Positions 1 to 8,215 of a stretch of 64,000 nt of DNA are shown here, piece after piece. A program made the translations under genes and the position numbers. The stretch spans positions 2,782-66,781 of the IMG/VR virus record IMGVR_UViG_3300028423_001110. The stretch is one strand, 5' to 3'. The DNA is from a virus. The notes under the pieces are model-generated. The model ran no database searches. It saw only the letters and a list, made by a program, of their open reading frames with translations, and was not told where the DNA came from. The stretch's first letter is position 1. Each line of letters opens with the position of its first letter.

Positions 1-285
1 AACCGCCAAATCAACAGTTGTGTTATTGTATAAAACATCTGTTGGATTTTTATAAAAAGATGTTGTTCCGTTTGTTGCTGCCATATGATAAATTATGTCG
101 AAATTATTTTTGTTACTTTCTACAAAATTTTTCACATCATCTTGTACAAATTCGCAATTTAACGGTTTTACATTCTTAAAACGCTGATTATTATCGACTC
201 CGATTACTTCATGGTGTGTTCCTAGTTGTTCACATAATTTTCTTCCAATTAAACCAGCTGCTCCAGTTACTAAAATTTTGCTCAT
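1..285 (-). CDS. NAD-dependent nucleotide-sugar epimerase/dehydratase (extended SDR), N-terminal part; runs off the window
   Basis: Not in the ORF track. Read by hand from ATG at 285: MSKILVTGAAGLIGRKLCEQL...VIGVDN...FDIIYHMAA...KNPTDVLYNN. Shows the TGxxGxxG Rossmann motif and the HxAA motif. Confidence 0.85.
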   Translation of the reverse strand, partial: MSKILVTGAAGLIGRKLCEQLGTHHEVIGVDNNQRFKNVKPLNCEFVQDDVKNFVESNKNNFDIIYHMAATNGTTSFYKNPTDVLYNNTTVDLAV

Positions 286-286
286 A

Positions 287-1522
287 TTATATTCCGTTAT
301 GTAATCTTCCATTTATGTTAAACAAAAAATGATCTATTTTTGTTAGACTATGTGTATTTGTAATCATAGTATTAAAATTATGAATAAGCTTTGATTTATT
401 TTTAAAACGCCATTCTATCCTTTCAGCAGGAGATTGATTCTTTAATTTGTCAACTACTTGTTTTATTGATTTAAGTAACTTTTCATATCTTTTAATTGGA
501 TCCTTCTCCATATCGAAACTTAGGTCAAACCAGTCATCATACAGTTTGTATCCGTAAGATTTTAGATAATGATTACAATACCTTTGACCGTAGATTACAA
601 ATGGTTGAAAGTTTTCGATCGGGCGAAAAGTCTTTTCGCTGAAAAAAAGAGAAGTATTATTATAGTCTTCTACTTCGGTTTCATTTACAATTTGAAAGAT
701 TGTATCGCTGTGAATTTTTTTATAGTCAAAATCAGGCAACGCCCAATTTTTGTCGAAGTCTAATCGATCAATTATTAAAGGTAATTTGTTATTCCAATTG
801 AGTACTTTATTTTCTTGAACTTTGTCTAGAAGATTTTCGTCTCTAAACCATTGTAGTAACAGAGTTTTAGGGATCGCATCATGACTTATATTTGCATATC
901 TTGCAATGTCTGAATCACAAAGAAAATAAGTTCCAATTGTTCGATATTTTCTATTTTTTCTACTTAAACTTGAAAAAATTCTGTCTTTATGGTCAGTTTG
1001 GCAATCAATATAAGCTGTTTCAAATCTCTCTTCAGTTGTTTTTTGATAAATGTCGTTTATTCTAGTGTTAAAGTTTCTTTCAAAGAACGGATAACAAAAA
1101 ACATTCAGCGGCTCGAGATTTTTTTTATTTAAAAATTTTTTTAAGTTTTCTAAATCATAGAGATTACTTGTGATATAGATAATATTTTTTGGAGAAACAG
1201 AGTATCTTTGACAATTAAAATATAAAAAATCAAAATAGGGCACTTGGTATGGACTAAATCCCTCATTACCAAAATCTAGAAGAAAAAGTGCATTTCCTTG
1301 TTGTAATTCTAATAAGACTTCTTTTTTTAGATATTGAAATATATCAGTGTCTTTATTCCATTTAGTATACTTTGTTGAACTATAAATTAGTTTTTTATTT
1401 TTTAAATAAGTAAGTGATTTTTTATTTTTTTTGTAAGATTCTAAAAAGAGATCTCCGGTCGGAGTGCAAAAATTACACTGTGTAAATTCATTCTCAAGAA
1501 AACAATTAAGCAAAAGTTGCAT
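287..1522 (-). CDS. Putative GT-B glycosyltransferase-like protein (GT10-like ET...SEKT..P..G motif), paralog 1
   Basis: IVNETEVE...FFSEKTFRPIENFQPFVIYG...FDLSFD resembles the GT10 FENS..DYxTEK...P...G motif. Full-length paralog of 39763..40941. Confidence 0.5.
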   Translation of the reverse strand: MQLLLNCFLENEFTQCNFCTPTGDLFLESYKKNKKSLTYLKNKKLIYSSTKYTKWNKDTDIFQYLKKEVLLELQQGNALFLLDFGNEGFSPYQVPYFDFLYFNCQRYSVSPKNIIYITSNLYDLENLKKFLNKKNLEPLNVFCYPFFERNFNTRINDIYQKTTEERFETAYIDCQTDHKDRIFSSLSRKNRKYRTIGTYFLCDSDIARYANISHDAIPKTLLLQWFRDENLLDKVQENKVLNWNNKLPLIIDRLDFDKNWALPDFDYKKIHSDTIFQIVNETEVEDYNNTSLFFSEKTFRPIENFQPFVIYGQRYCNHYLKSYGYKLYDDWFDLSFDMEKDPIKRYEKLLKSIKQVVDKLKNQSPAERIEWRFKNKSKLIHNFNTMITNTHSLTKIDHFLFNINGRLHNGI

Positions 1523-1523
1523 T

Positions 1524-2360
1524 TTAAATAGAATCTTTATTATTATATTCGCTTTCTCTTCTCATTGCAGTTTCCCATTCGTTATTATGAGTTCTAGTAT
1601 AAGAAGGATTAAGATCGTTCATTTCAAGAATATCGTCTCGAATGTTCTGGTTTTTCTTTTCAATGTTGATAATTCTCACAAAAGAGTTAGTAACTGCTGC
1701 TGTGTAATAGGCAAATGGATTGTTTGATTTGGATTCGTCAAACTGTAAGCCAATCTGCGAAAGCTGAAGAATAGCCTGTCCTTTCATCTCGTCATTGTAT
1801 GTATAACCTCTAACGTTGCCTTTTGTGGCATAACGATCTACCAGTTTCAACCACATACGAGCTAATTTGTCTGTAGCTTGTCCTTTTGACTTAGAAAATT
1901 CGCCAGTGTCTACATCGCCCGACCAGTGTGATTTTCCTACACAAACAAGGTTGTCGTTTTCATCAAACTTCCAATGCTGGAATGGCGGAAAGTTCAGTTT
2001 TACTTTTGTGTCAGCTACAGTCTTAGGATTCTTTTTTCTGCCTGGTTCTTCCGGAATATGATCAAATGTCATTACTCGAAAAATTAATTCACCTTTTGTA
2101 ATCTTTTTATAATCTATTTCGCAGTCTGCCTGTTTTACTTTTTCGCCCGCCTGTTTTCTAGTTTCAAAATCTGCCTGAGATAGACGTTTTGCTTTGTTTC
2201 GCTTTGCCTCAGCAATCGTGCGTATGTTAATGCGATCAAGTGATGTAAGTATTATGTCGTACCGATGATATTCGGGCTGTGTGAAAGAACAAAATGTAGT
2301 TTTTGATTTGTGTATTTCTGCTAATAAATCTTTGTTGTTAAGGTAATTAACTTTCCTCAA
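1524..2360 (-). CDS. gp55: T4 gp55-like late-transcription sigma factor
   Basis: YLNNKDLL at the N-terminus, then RGYTYNDEM and QFDESKSNNPFAYYT...SFVRIINIEKK. TTG start preceded by GGAG. Confidence 0.85.
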   Translation of the reverse strand: MRKVNYLNNKDLLAEIHKSKTTFCSFTQPEYHRYDIILTSLDRINIRTIAEAKRNKAKRLSQADFETRKQAGEKVKQADCEIDYKKITKGELIFRVMTFDHIPEEPGRKKNPKTVADTKVKLNFPPFQHWKFDENDNLVCVGKSHWSGDVDTGEFSKSKGQATDKLARMWLKLVDRYATKGNVRGYTYNDEMKGQAILQLSQIGLQFDESKSNNPFAYYTAAVTNSFVRIINIEKKNQNIRDDILEMNDLNPSYTRTHNNEWETAMRRESEYNNKDSI

Positions 2361-2383
2361 TGGATTCTCCTATTTAGACTATC

Positions 2384-2412
2384 ATTGTAATATATGTAGT
2401 TAATTTTGTCAA
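2384..2412 (-). promoter_or_regulatory. Sigma70-type promoter for the gp55 operon
   Basis: Minus strand TTGACA-N17-TACAAT (-35 at 2407-2412, -10 at 2384-2389). Confidence 0.7.
2389..2404 (+). promoter_or_regulatory. 16-bp conserved intergenic motif, copy 1 (AATATATGTAGTTAAT)
   Basis: Matches consensus AATATRYGYAGTTAAT, also found at 8164-8179 (+) and 60564-60579 (-). Confidence 0.55.
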
Positions 2413-2419
2413 CTAAATA
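2413..2419 (+). promoter_or_regulatory. T4-type late promoter (cTAAATA) for the baseplate operon
   Basis: TAAATA core of the T4 late consensus TATAAATA, upstream of an AGGAG RBS and the ATG at 2438. Confidence 0.6.
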
Positions 2420-2437
2420 CTTAAAGGAGACTTAAAA

Positions 2438-3217
2438 ATGGCGTTCGATCCGAGCAGTATAGGTCAAAATCTTTTAGATAGAGGAAAAGATGCTCTTTTA
2501 GAAACAATCGATTCAACTGATCTTGGCAGAGCACTAAGGTCGGCAAATCTATTGCCTGGCGCCAATCCTCAAGCTAATAGATTTGCCGAAGGAACTTGGA
2601 ATGTCGAAGAAGGATATGACTGGAGAGTAAAATTAGGCCTGCCTACCAGCGGGCCAATGAAATCAGGAGAAGATGGTTTACTGTCTCCTTTAAAAGCAAC
2701 AGGCGGAATGGTTTTTCCTTATACACCAAATATCTATATTGTAAACTCTGCTAACTACGATAAAATTTCGCCTGTGCATTCGAATTATCCTTTTCCGATT
2801 TATCAAAACAGTTCAATTGATAGTTTTGTAATACAAGGCGAATTTACAGCAGAGAACAGCTCTGAAGGAGAGTACTGGATTGCTGCTGTTAATTATTTAA
2901 GATCTATAACAAAAATGGCATACGGAAATTCAAGTGAAAAAGGAACTCCGCCTCCTGTGGTAAAACTCAATGGTTACGGAGATTTTGTTTTTAATGATGT
3001 TCCTGTTATAGTTGAGCAATTTAATGTTACTCTTGGCACCGATGTTGATTATATTAAAGTAGATATAGGTGCAAACGGTAGCTGGGTCCCTACTCGTTCG
3101 GAAATAGGAGTCACTGTTTTCCCAGTTTACAGCAGAGATACAATTAATAAATTTGATTTAGATAAGTTTGCCCGCGGAGATTATGTACTAGAACCAAAAG
3201 GGCCAGGATTTATTTAA
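2438..3217 (+). CDS. Baseplate/tail-tube initiator-like virion protein (gp48/gp54-like)
   Basis: First gene of the baseplate cluster; FPYTP...HSNY...GTPPPVVKLNGYG..FNDVPV pattern. Assignment rests mostly on context. Confidence 0.55.
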   Translation: MAFDPSSIGQNLLDRGKDALLETIDSTDLGRALRSANLLPGANPQANRFAEGTWNVEEGYDWRVKLGLPTSGPMKSGEDGLLSPLKATGGMVFPYTPNIYIVNSANYDKISPVHSNYPFPIYQNSSIDSFVIQGEFTAENSSEGEYWIAAVNYLRSITKMAYGNSSEKGTPPPVVKLNGYGDFVFNDVPVIVEQFNVTLGTDVDYIKVDIGANGSWVPTRSEIGVTVFPVYSRDTINKFDLDKFARGDYVLEPKGPGFI

Positions 3218-3519
3218 TGGCAAATTATACTTCACATAGCCCATGGTATAGGACAAGAATTATTAATGATCAGTATCTTGGTATTCTTAATATTAGGCCT
3301 ATTCCTGCAGAAAACGACGACATTGTTTATCAAATTGAAACTCAGTACACTTATAGGCCTGATCTTCTTGCTTATGATTTGTACGGTAGCGAAAAGTTAT
3401 GGTGGGTTTTTGCACAAAGAAATCTAGATCTTTTAAAAGATCCAATTTATGATTTTAAACCTGGTTTAGAAATTTATCTTCCACAAGGAAATAGACTTCG
3501 AGATACTTTAGGTTATTAA
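3217..3519 (+). CDS. Baseplate wedge subunit, gp53/LysM-like
   Basis: RPDLLAYDLYGSEKLWWVF...IYLP motif; 100 aa; TAATG stop/start coupling with the upstream gene. Confidence 0.75.
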   Translation: MANYTSHSPWYRTRIINDQYLGILNIRPIPAENDDIVYQIETQYTYRPDLLAYDLYGSEKLWWVFAQRNLDLLKDPIYDFKPGLEIYLPQGNRLRDTLGY

Positions 3520-3520
3520 T

Positions 3521-5968
3521 ATGCCACTAAATCCTTCTTCAATTTTTGTACCTACTTCTGCAGAAGAAATTGTTGATGCAGCATCGACCGGCCCATCATT
3601 TTTAACCGGAGCAACAATTTCATCAACTTCTTCTGAAGCCACAACGCAGTCTGCAGAATCAAACACACCGAACGTATCTAGCCTTCCGTATAAGAATCCT
3701 TTATCAAGATTTTCGTCTTACAGTTGCATTTTTACACTAGGAGTATTAACTGATAATGAATTAAATTTTCCTGATGATACTTATATAAAAAACGGTCCTG
3801 AAATAATCTTGTTAAAATCCGGCGGCACAACAGACAAGCAAGTAAAAACTGCTTACGAAAAATCTTTAGGAATTACAACAGAATATTATATAGATGATGT
3901 AGAAATTGACTCTATAATTGCACCAAATAATAAATCAAGGCAGACAAATGCTACAGGAATACGTTTTAGTGTGTATGAACCTTATTCGATGGGCATATTT
4001 TTACAAACAATGTCTGTTGCAGCATATCAAGCCACACAAAAAAACGGACAACAAGGAACCGGAAACTATCTCGAAGTTCCATATGTGTTAATGGTTGATT
4101 TTGTAGGCTGGGACGATAAAGGAAATTCTGTTAATGTTCCTCAGTCAAGACGAATTTTTCCAATGAAATTTATTGATGTTCGTTTTAATGTTGATGCTGG
4201 CGGTTCTCACTATAGTGTCGAAGCTATTCCTTATAATGAAACAGCACTATCAGACGAAGTTCAAACAATAAAAGAAGATGTTGATATTAAAGGAGAAACT
4301 GTAGCCGATATCCTTCAAATTGAAAAACCAAATCAAGAAAGCCTTACTTCGCTGCTAAACAAGCGAGAAAAACGACTAGAATCGTCTGGCAACAAAGGAA
4401 TCGGAGATTCTTTTGTTATTTACTTTGAAGTTCCAGGAAGTTCTGGAAATCAAAGACTAGCGGCAAATGCTGCTGACGAATCGGGTGCTTTAGATGTTCC
4501 GCCGGGCATTGGACAAACTATAACCGAAGTTAATAAATCAGATATTTCTCTAGAAGGAATACAAGAATTTGTCGAAGACGAAAGAAATATTAGTGAAATA
4601 GGTTTGTCAAAAATACAAAAAACTATTTTTGACTCGGGAGAAGATTTCTATGGCGAAGGAGACGAATCTCAACTCAACACAGGTATCTTTAAAAGAGATG
4701 CAATAAAAGTAGACAGCGAAGGCACTGTGCGTTTAAATTTTAAAAAAGGTACGCGATTACAAGATATTATCGAAGAAGTTATTTTGTTATCTGAATATGG
4801 AAGAAACCTGTACTTACGAGCACAAGAGCCTACTAATGATGGCATGATTACTTGGTTCAGAATAGAAACTGATGTATATAATATTTCTGACGATGTTACA
4901 CTTGCTAAAGCTGGTCGATCAGCTAAAGTTTATGTTTACCGAGTAGTTCTATTTGAAACTCACGTTTCTCGTTTTTACGGACCAACAGACTTAACACCAG
5001 GCGTTGATAAACTAAAACAACAAGCAGTAAAAGAATACGATTACATTTATTCTGGTCAAAACGATGATGTACTAGATTTTGAAATTGCATTTAATGTTGC
5101 TTTTTTTAAAGCACTTACGCCGGATCTTGGACAATTAGGACAAGATGCTAGGATATCTTCGTCATCGAGCACCGCTGCAATTAATAACGAAACTATTTTT
5201 TCTGTAAGCAACGGCAACCAGTCCATACCAAATTCAGAGTTTTCACGACCATTCCCAGCATCTTATGCAGTGTTACCTAAACCAGTTGAAGGAGGTGGTA
5301 CTCAAAACCATCCAGAAACACAGATTGCAAGAGTCTTTAACGAAGCAATGGTTAACAGCAACGTAGATCTTATTACAGCAGAAATGGAAATCTGGGGAGA
5401 CCCGTATTACATTGCCGATAGCGGCATGGGAAACTATAATGCTGGAAGTTCAAGCAACGCTAAAAATATTACAAACAATAACACAATTAATTATCAAGCA
5501 AGAGATGTTGACATTTTGGTAAATTTTAAAACACCGATTGATATAGGAAAAGACGGATTAATGGCATTTCCTGCAGATAGCGGAGAACCTGTTGCAGAGT
5601 TCAGCGGTTTGTATCAAGTTGTAACAGTTACAAATAAAATACAATCAAATCGGTTTACTCAGACGTTGTCACTTATCCGCAGACCAAATCAATTCGAAGG
5701 AGATTCATTACCAAAAGGTGGCATGTCCGAAGGCGGCGAAGAAGCATCTCTTTCGCCCTTTATTGAGCAGACAGATTCTTTTGGTTTTAGTTTAGTAGGT
5801 GTATCTAGTTTTAGTGACTTTAGTAGTGTATTCGAAACAGCTGAAGACACAATTACAGGTGTTTTTGATGGAATAACAGATACTATTTCTGATATTATTG
5901 ATATTGCAGAAGGGGTCGGAACCACGCTAGACGTTACGAGTAATTTAAGAAATAACAATGATGATTAA
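3521..5968 (+). CDS. Baseplate hub-like (gp27/tail protein D-like) virion protein
   Basis: Lies between the gp53-like and gp5-like genes; C-terminal EMEIWGDP...FSGLYQVVTVTNKI..NRFTQTLSL typical of hub proteins. Confidence 0.6.
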   Translation: MPLNPSSIFVPTSAEEIVDAASTGPSFLTGATISSTSSEATTQSAESNTPNVSSLPYKNPLSRFSSYSCIFTLGVLTDNELNFPDDTYIKNGPEIILLKSGGTTDKQVKTAYEKSLGITTEYYIDDVEIDSIIAPNNKSRQTNATGIRFSVYEPYSMGIFLQTMSVAAYQATQKNGQQGTGNYLEVPYVLMVDFVGWDDKGNSVNVPQSRRIFPMKFIDVRFNVDAGGSHYSVEAIPYNETALSDEVQTIKEDVDIKGETVADILQIEKPNQESLTSLLNKREKRLESSGNKGIGDSFVIYFEVPGSSGNQRLAANAADESGALDVPPGIGQTITEVNKSDISLEGIQEFVEDERNISEIGLSKIQKTIFDSGEDFYGEGDESQLNTGIFKRDAIKVDSEGTVRLNFKKGTRLQDIIEEVILLSEYGRNLYLRAQEPTNDGMITWFRIETDVYNISDDVTLAKAGRSAKVYVYRVVLFETHVSRFYGPTDLTPGVDKLKQQAVKEYDYIYSGQNDDVLDFEIAFNVAFFKALTPDLGQLGQDARISSSSSTAAINNETIFSVSNGNQSIPNSEFSRPFPASYAVLPKPVEGGGTQNHPETQIARVFNEAMVNSNVDLITAEMEIWGDPYYIADSGMGNYNAGSSSNAKNITNNNTINYQARDVDILVNFKTPIDIGKDGLMAFPADSGEPVAEFSGLYQVVTVTNKIQSNRFTQTLSLIRRPNQFEGDSLPKGGMSEGGEEASLSPFIEQTDSFGFSLVGVSSFSDFSSVFETAEDTITGVFDGITDTISDIIDIAEGVGTTLDVTSNLRNNNDD

Positions 5969-5970
5969 TT

Positions 5971-7704
5971 ATGTCAAAAGATGATTTTGTAAACCGTTAC
6001 ACTGGCCAAATTAAAAGAACAGTTGATACTGGTGTAAGTCGAAGCTTTAATCCTGGACCTTTTGTTGCTATTGTAAGGAATCACTTAGATAGCCATTATA
6101 TGGGAGGCCTAGAAGTAGAGCTGCTTACTAAAACAGGTTCAGGTAATGCTCCTAAAGAACCTGGATTGATTTTTCCAGTTTCCTATCTTAGCCCCTTTTA
6201 TTCAGCAACACCGTTTGACGGAACCCAGCCTAATACCGAGCACCAATTTAGCCAAAAATCAGCCGGTATGTGGTTTGTTCCTCCAGATATTGGAACTAAG
6301 GTACTTGTAATTTTTGCAGAAGCAGGCCAGGGGTTTTGGCTTGGCTGTATACCAGAAACATATACAAATTTCATGTTACCTGCAAGCGATGTTTCTACAA
6401 CATATAATTCGGTAGATAATTCAAAAAAATTACCTGTCGGAGAATATAACAAGCAACGCCTCGAAGTTATTCAAGGGAACGATGCTACACAATATACCAA
6501 ACCGATTAATCAAGATCAGCTTTCAGTTTTGCAACAACAAGGACTCGAAAACGACGAAACTAGAGGAATAACTTCGTCTAGTGCAAGAAGAGAATTACCG
6601 TCGTCTGTTTTTGGAATTTCAACACCTGGGCCGTACGATCGCCGCCCTGATGCTCCTAAGACCAATTATGGCCCATTAGACAAAGCGCAAATTTTTCATA
6701 ACAGACTAGGAGGAAGCAGTATTGTATTCGACGACGGAGACGCAACTTTATTAAGAAAAGGATCTGCTTCCGAAAATCCTTCTGAATATGCAAATTCTGA
6801 TGCGGGAGAAACTGACGGAGACGTTACTATACCCCATAACGAAATGTTAAGGATAAAAACTAGAACGGGCCATCAAATAATTCTACATAACTCTGAAGAT
6901 TTAGTATATGTAACTAATTCTAAAGGCACTACATGGATTGAACTAACTTCTAACGGCAAAATAGATATTTTTGCAGAAGACTCTGTTTCTGTTCATTCTA
7001 AAAATGATATAAATTTTAAAGCAGATAGAGATATAAATTTTGAAGCGGGCAGAGATTTCAATGTCAAGGCAAATAACAATATTGCAGAAGAAGCAGTTAA
7101 TAATAGACAAGTGATTGTAGGAGAAAATAATCAAATTACAATAGGCGGTTTTTCTCACACAAGTACCGAAAAAGAAATTAATTTTGCATCAAACAGCAGC
7201 GATTTTAATGTTGTAACTCAGCAAAACATTAATTTACAATCTGATAATACTACAAATCTTCTTTCTACAAAAAATATCAATTTACAATCTGAATCCGAGT
7301 CTATTAATATTAAATCAGAAAAACATAATAATATTACTACAGTTTCGGGAGATATTAGTGTAAAAAGCGGCAACTATTATTTTGCATCAACTACTGAAAC
7401 TTATCATATTAATGACCCAAATGCAGTTGCAAGAGAGTCCTCGGCAGCATCGTCGGCTCAACTAGCAACACCCGCAGAGTCTTTAACAACATGGGAACTT
7501 CCCGGAGAAGAAGAAAAAGTTATACTAAGACGAGTTCCGCAACACGAACCATGGCTTCAACATGAAAATCTTAATCCGGCCTATTATACTCCAGAAGAAA
7601 CTGATATTAAAAAATTAAACGATGCCGGAGACGGAATCGACTTAACTCCACCGCAAACAGCAGAGTACACTATGACTCCTGATACTTTCAGAAAAGGTAA
7701 TTAA
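5971..7704 (+). CDS. Baseplate central spike, gp5/VgrG-like (OB-fold plus beta-helix; no lysozyme domain seen)
   Basis: GMWFVPPDIGTKVLVIF...FWLGC (OB-fold), RTGHQIIL...GTTWIEL..GKIDI, and 8-residue repeats (INFKADRDINFEAGRDFNVKA). Confidence 0.75.
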   Translation: MSKDDFVNRYTGQIKRTVDTGVSRSFNPGPFVAIVRNHLDSHYMGGLEVELLTKTGSGNAPKEPGLIFPVSYLSPFYSATPFDGTQPNTEHQFSQKSAGMWFVPPDIGTKVLVIFAEAGQGFWLGCIPETYTNFMLPASDVSTTYNSVDNSKKLPVGEYNKQRLEVIQGNDATQYTKPINQDQLSVLQQQGLENDETRGITSSSARRELPSSVFGISTPGPYDRRPDAPKTNYGPLDKAQIFHNRLGGSSIVFDDGDATLLRKGSASENPSEYANSDAGETDGDVTIPHNEMLRIKTRTGHQIILHNSEDLVYVTNSKGTTWIELTSNGKIDIFAEDSVSVHSKNDINFKADRDINFEAGRDFNVKANNNIAEEAVNNRQVIVGENNQITIGGFSHTSTEKEINFASNSSDFNVVTQQNINLQSDNTTNLLSTKNINLQSESESINIKSEKHNNITTVSGDISVKSGNYYFASTTETYHINDPNAVARESSAASSAQLATPAESLTTWELPGEEEKVILRRVPQHEPWLQHENLNPAYYTPEETDIKKLNDAGDGIDLTPPQTAEYTMTPDTFRKGN

Positions 7705-7721
7705 AGGAGGTTAAATACATT

Positions 7722-8165
7722 ATGAGCTCGTTAGAAAAAAACATTTACAAACAAATAAATATTCCCGCAAATAAAAAATCTCAGCCTCCTATTGAAAGTA
7801 GAGCATATCGAGGAATATCTACAGTAAATCCTGACTCACAAAACTGGGTCCTTTATGACTTGGCTCTTATCAAACAGGATATTATCAATCATTTTCATAT
7901 AAGACAAGGCGAAAAGTTAAGCGATCCAAGTTTTGGAACTATAATTTGGGATGTTCTATACGAACCTTTGACCGATCAACTTAGAGATATCATTGTAAGC
8001 AATGTATCAGAAATTATTAACTATGATCCGCGCGTCGGAGTAGAAGAAATAATAGTCGACAGATATGATAAAGGCATACAGGTAGAATGTACTTTAAAAT
8101 ATCTCCCTTATAGTATTTCAGAACAATTGCGTTTTAATTTTGACGAAGACGCTGGTCTTATATAA
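7722..8165 (+). CDS. gp25: Baseplate wedge subunit gp25
   Basis: LIKQDIINHFHIRQGEKLSDPSFGTIIWDVLYEP...YDPRV, the GPW/gp25 signature. Confidence 0.9.
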   Translation: MSSLEKNIYKQINIPANKKSQPPIESRAYRGISTVNPDSQNWVLYDLALIKQDIINHFHIRQGEKLSDPSFGTIIWDVLYEPLTDQLRDIIVSNVSEIINYDPRVGVEEIIVDRYDKGIQVECTLKYLPYSISEQLRFNFDEDAGLI

Positions 8166-8179
8166 TATACGCAGTTAAT
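8164..8179 (+). promoter_or_regulatory. 16-bp conserved intergenic motif, copy 2 (AATATACGCAGTTAAT)
   Basis: Lies 8 bp upstream of TAAATA (8188-8193) in front of the gp6-like gene. Confidence 0.55.
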
Positions 8180-8186
8180 ATAAAGA

Positions 8187-8193
8187 ATAAATA
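8187..8193 (+). promoter_or_regulatory. Late promoter ATAAATA
   Basis: Intergenic, upstream of a GAGG RBS and the ATG at 8216. Confidence 0.6.
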
Positions 8194-8215
8194 TTTTTAT
8201 ACAGAGGTTTAGTGA

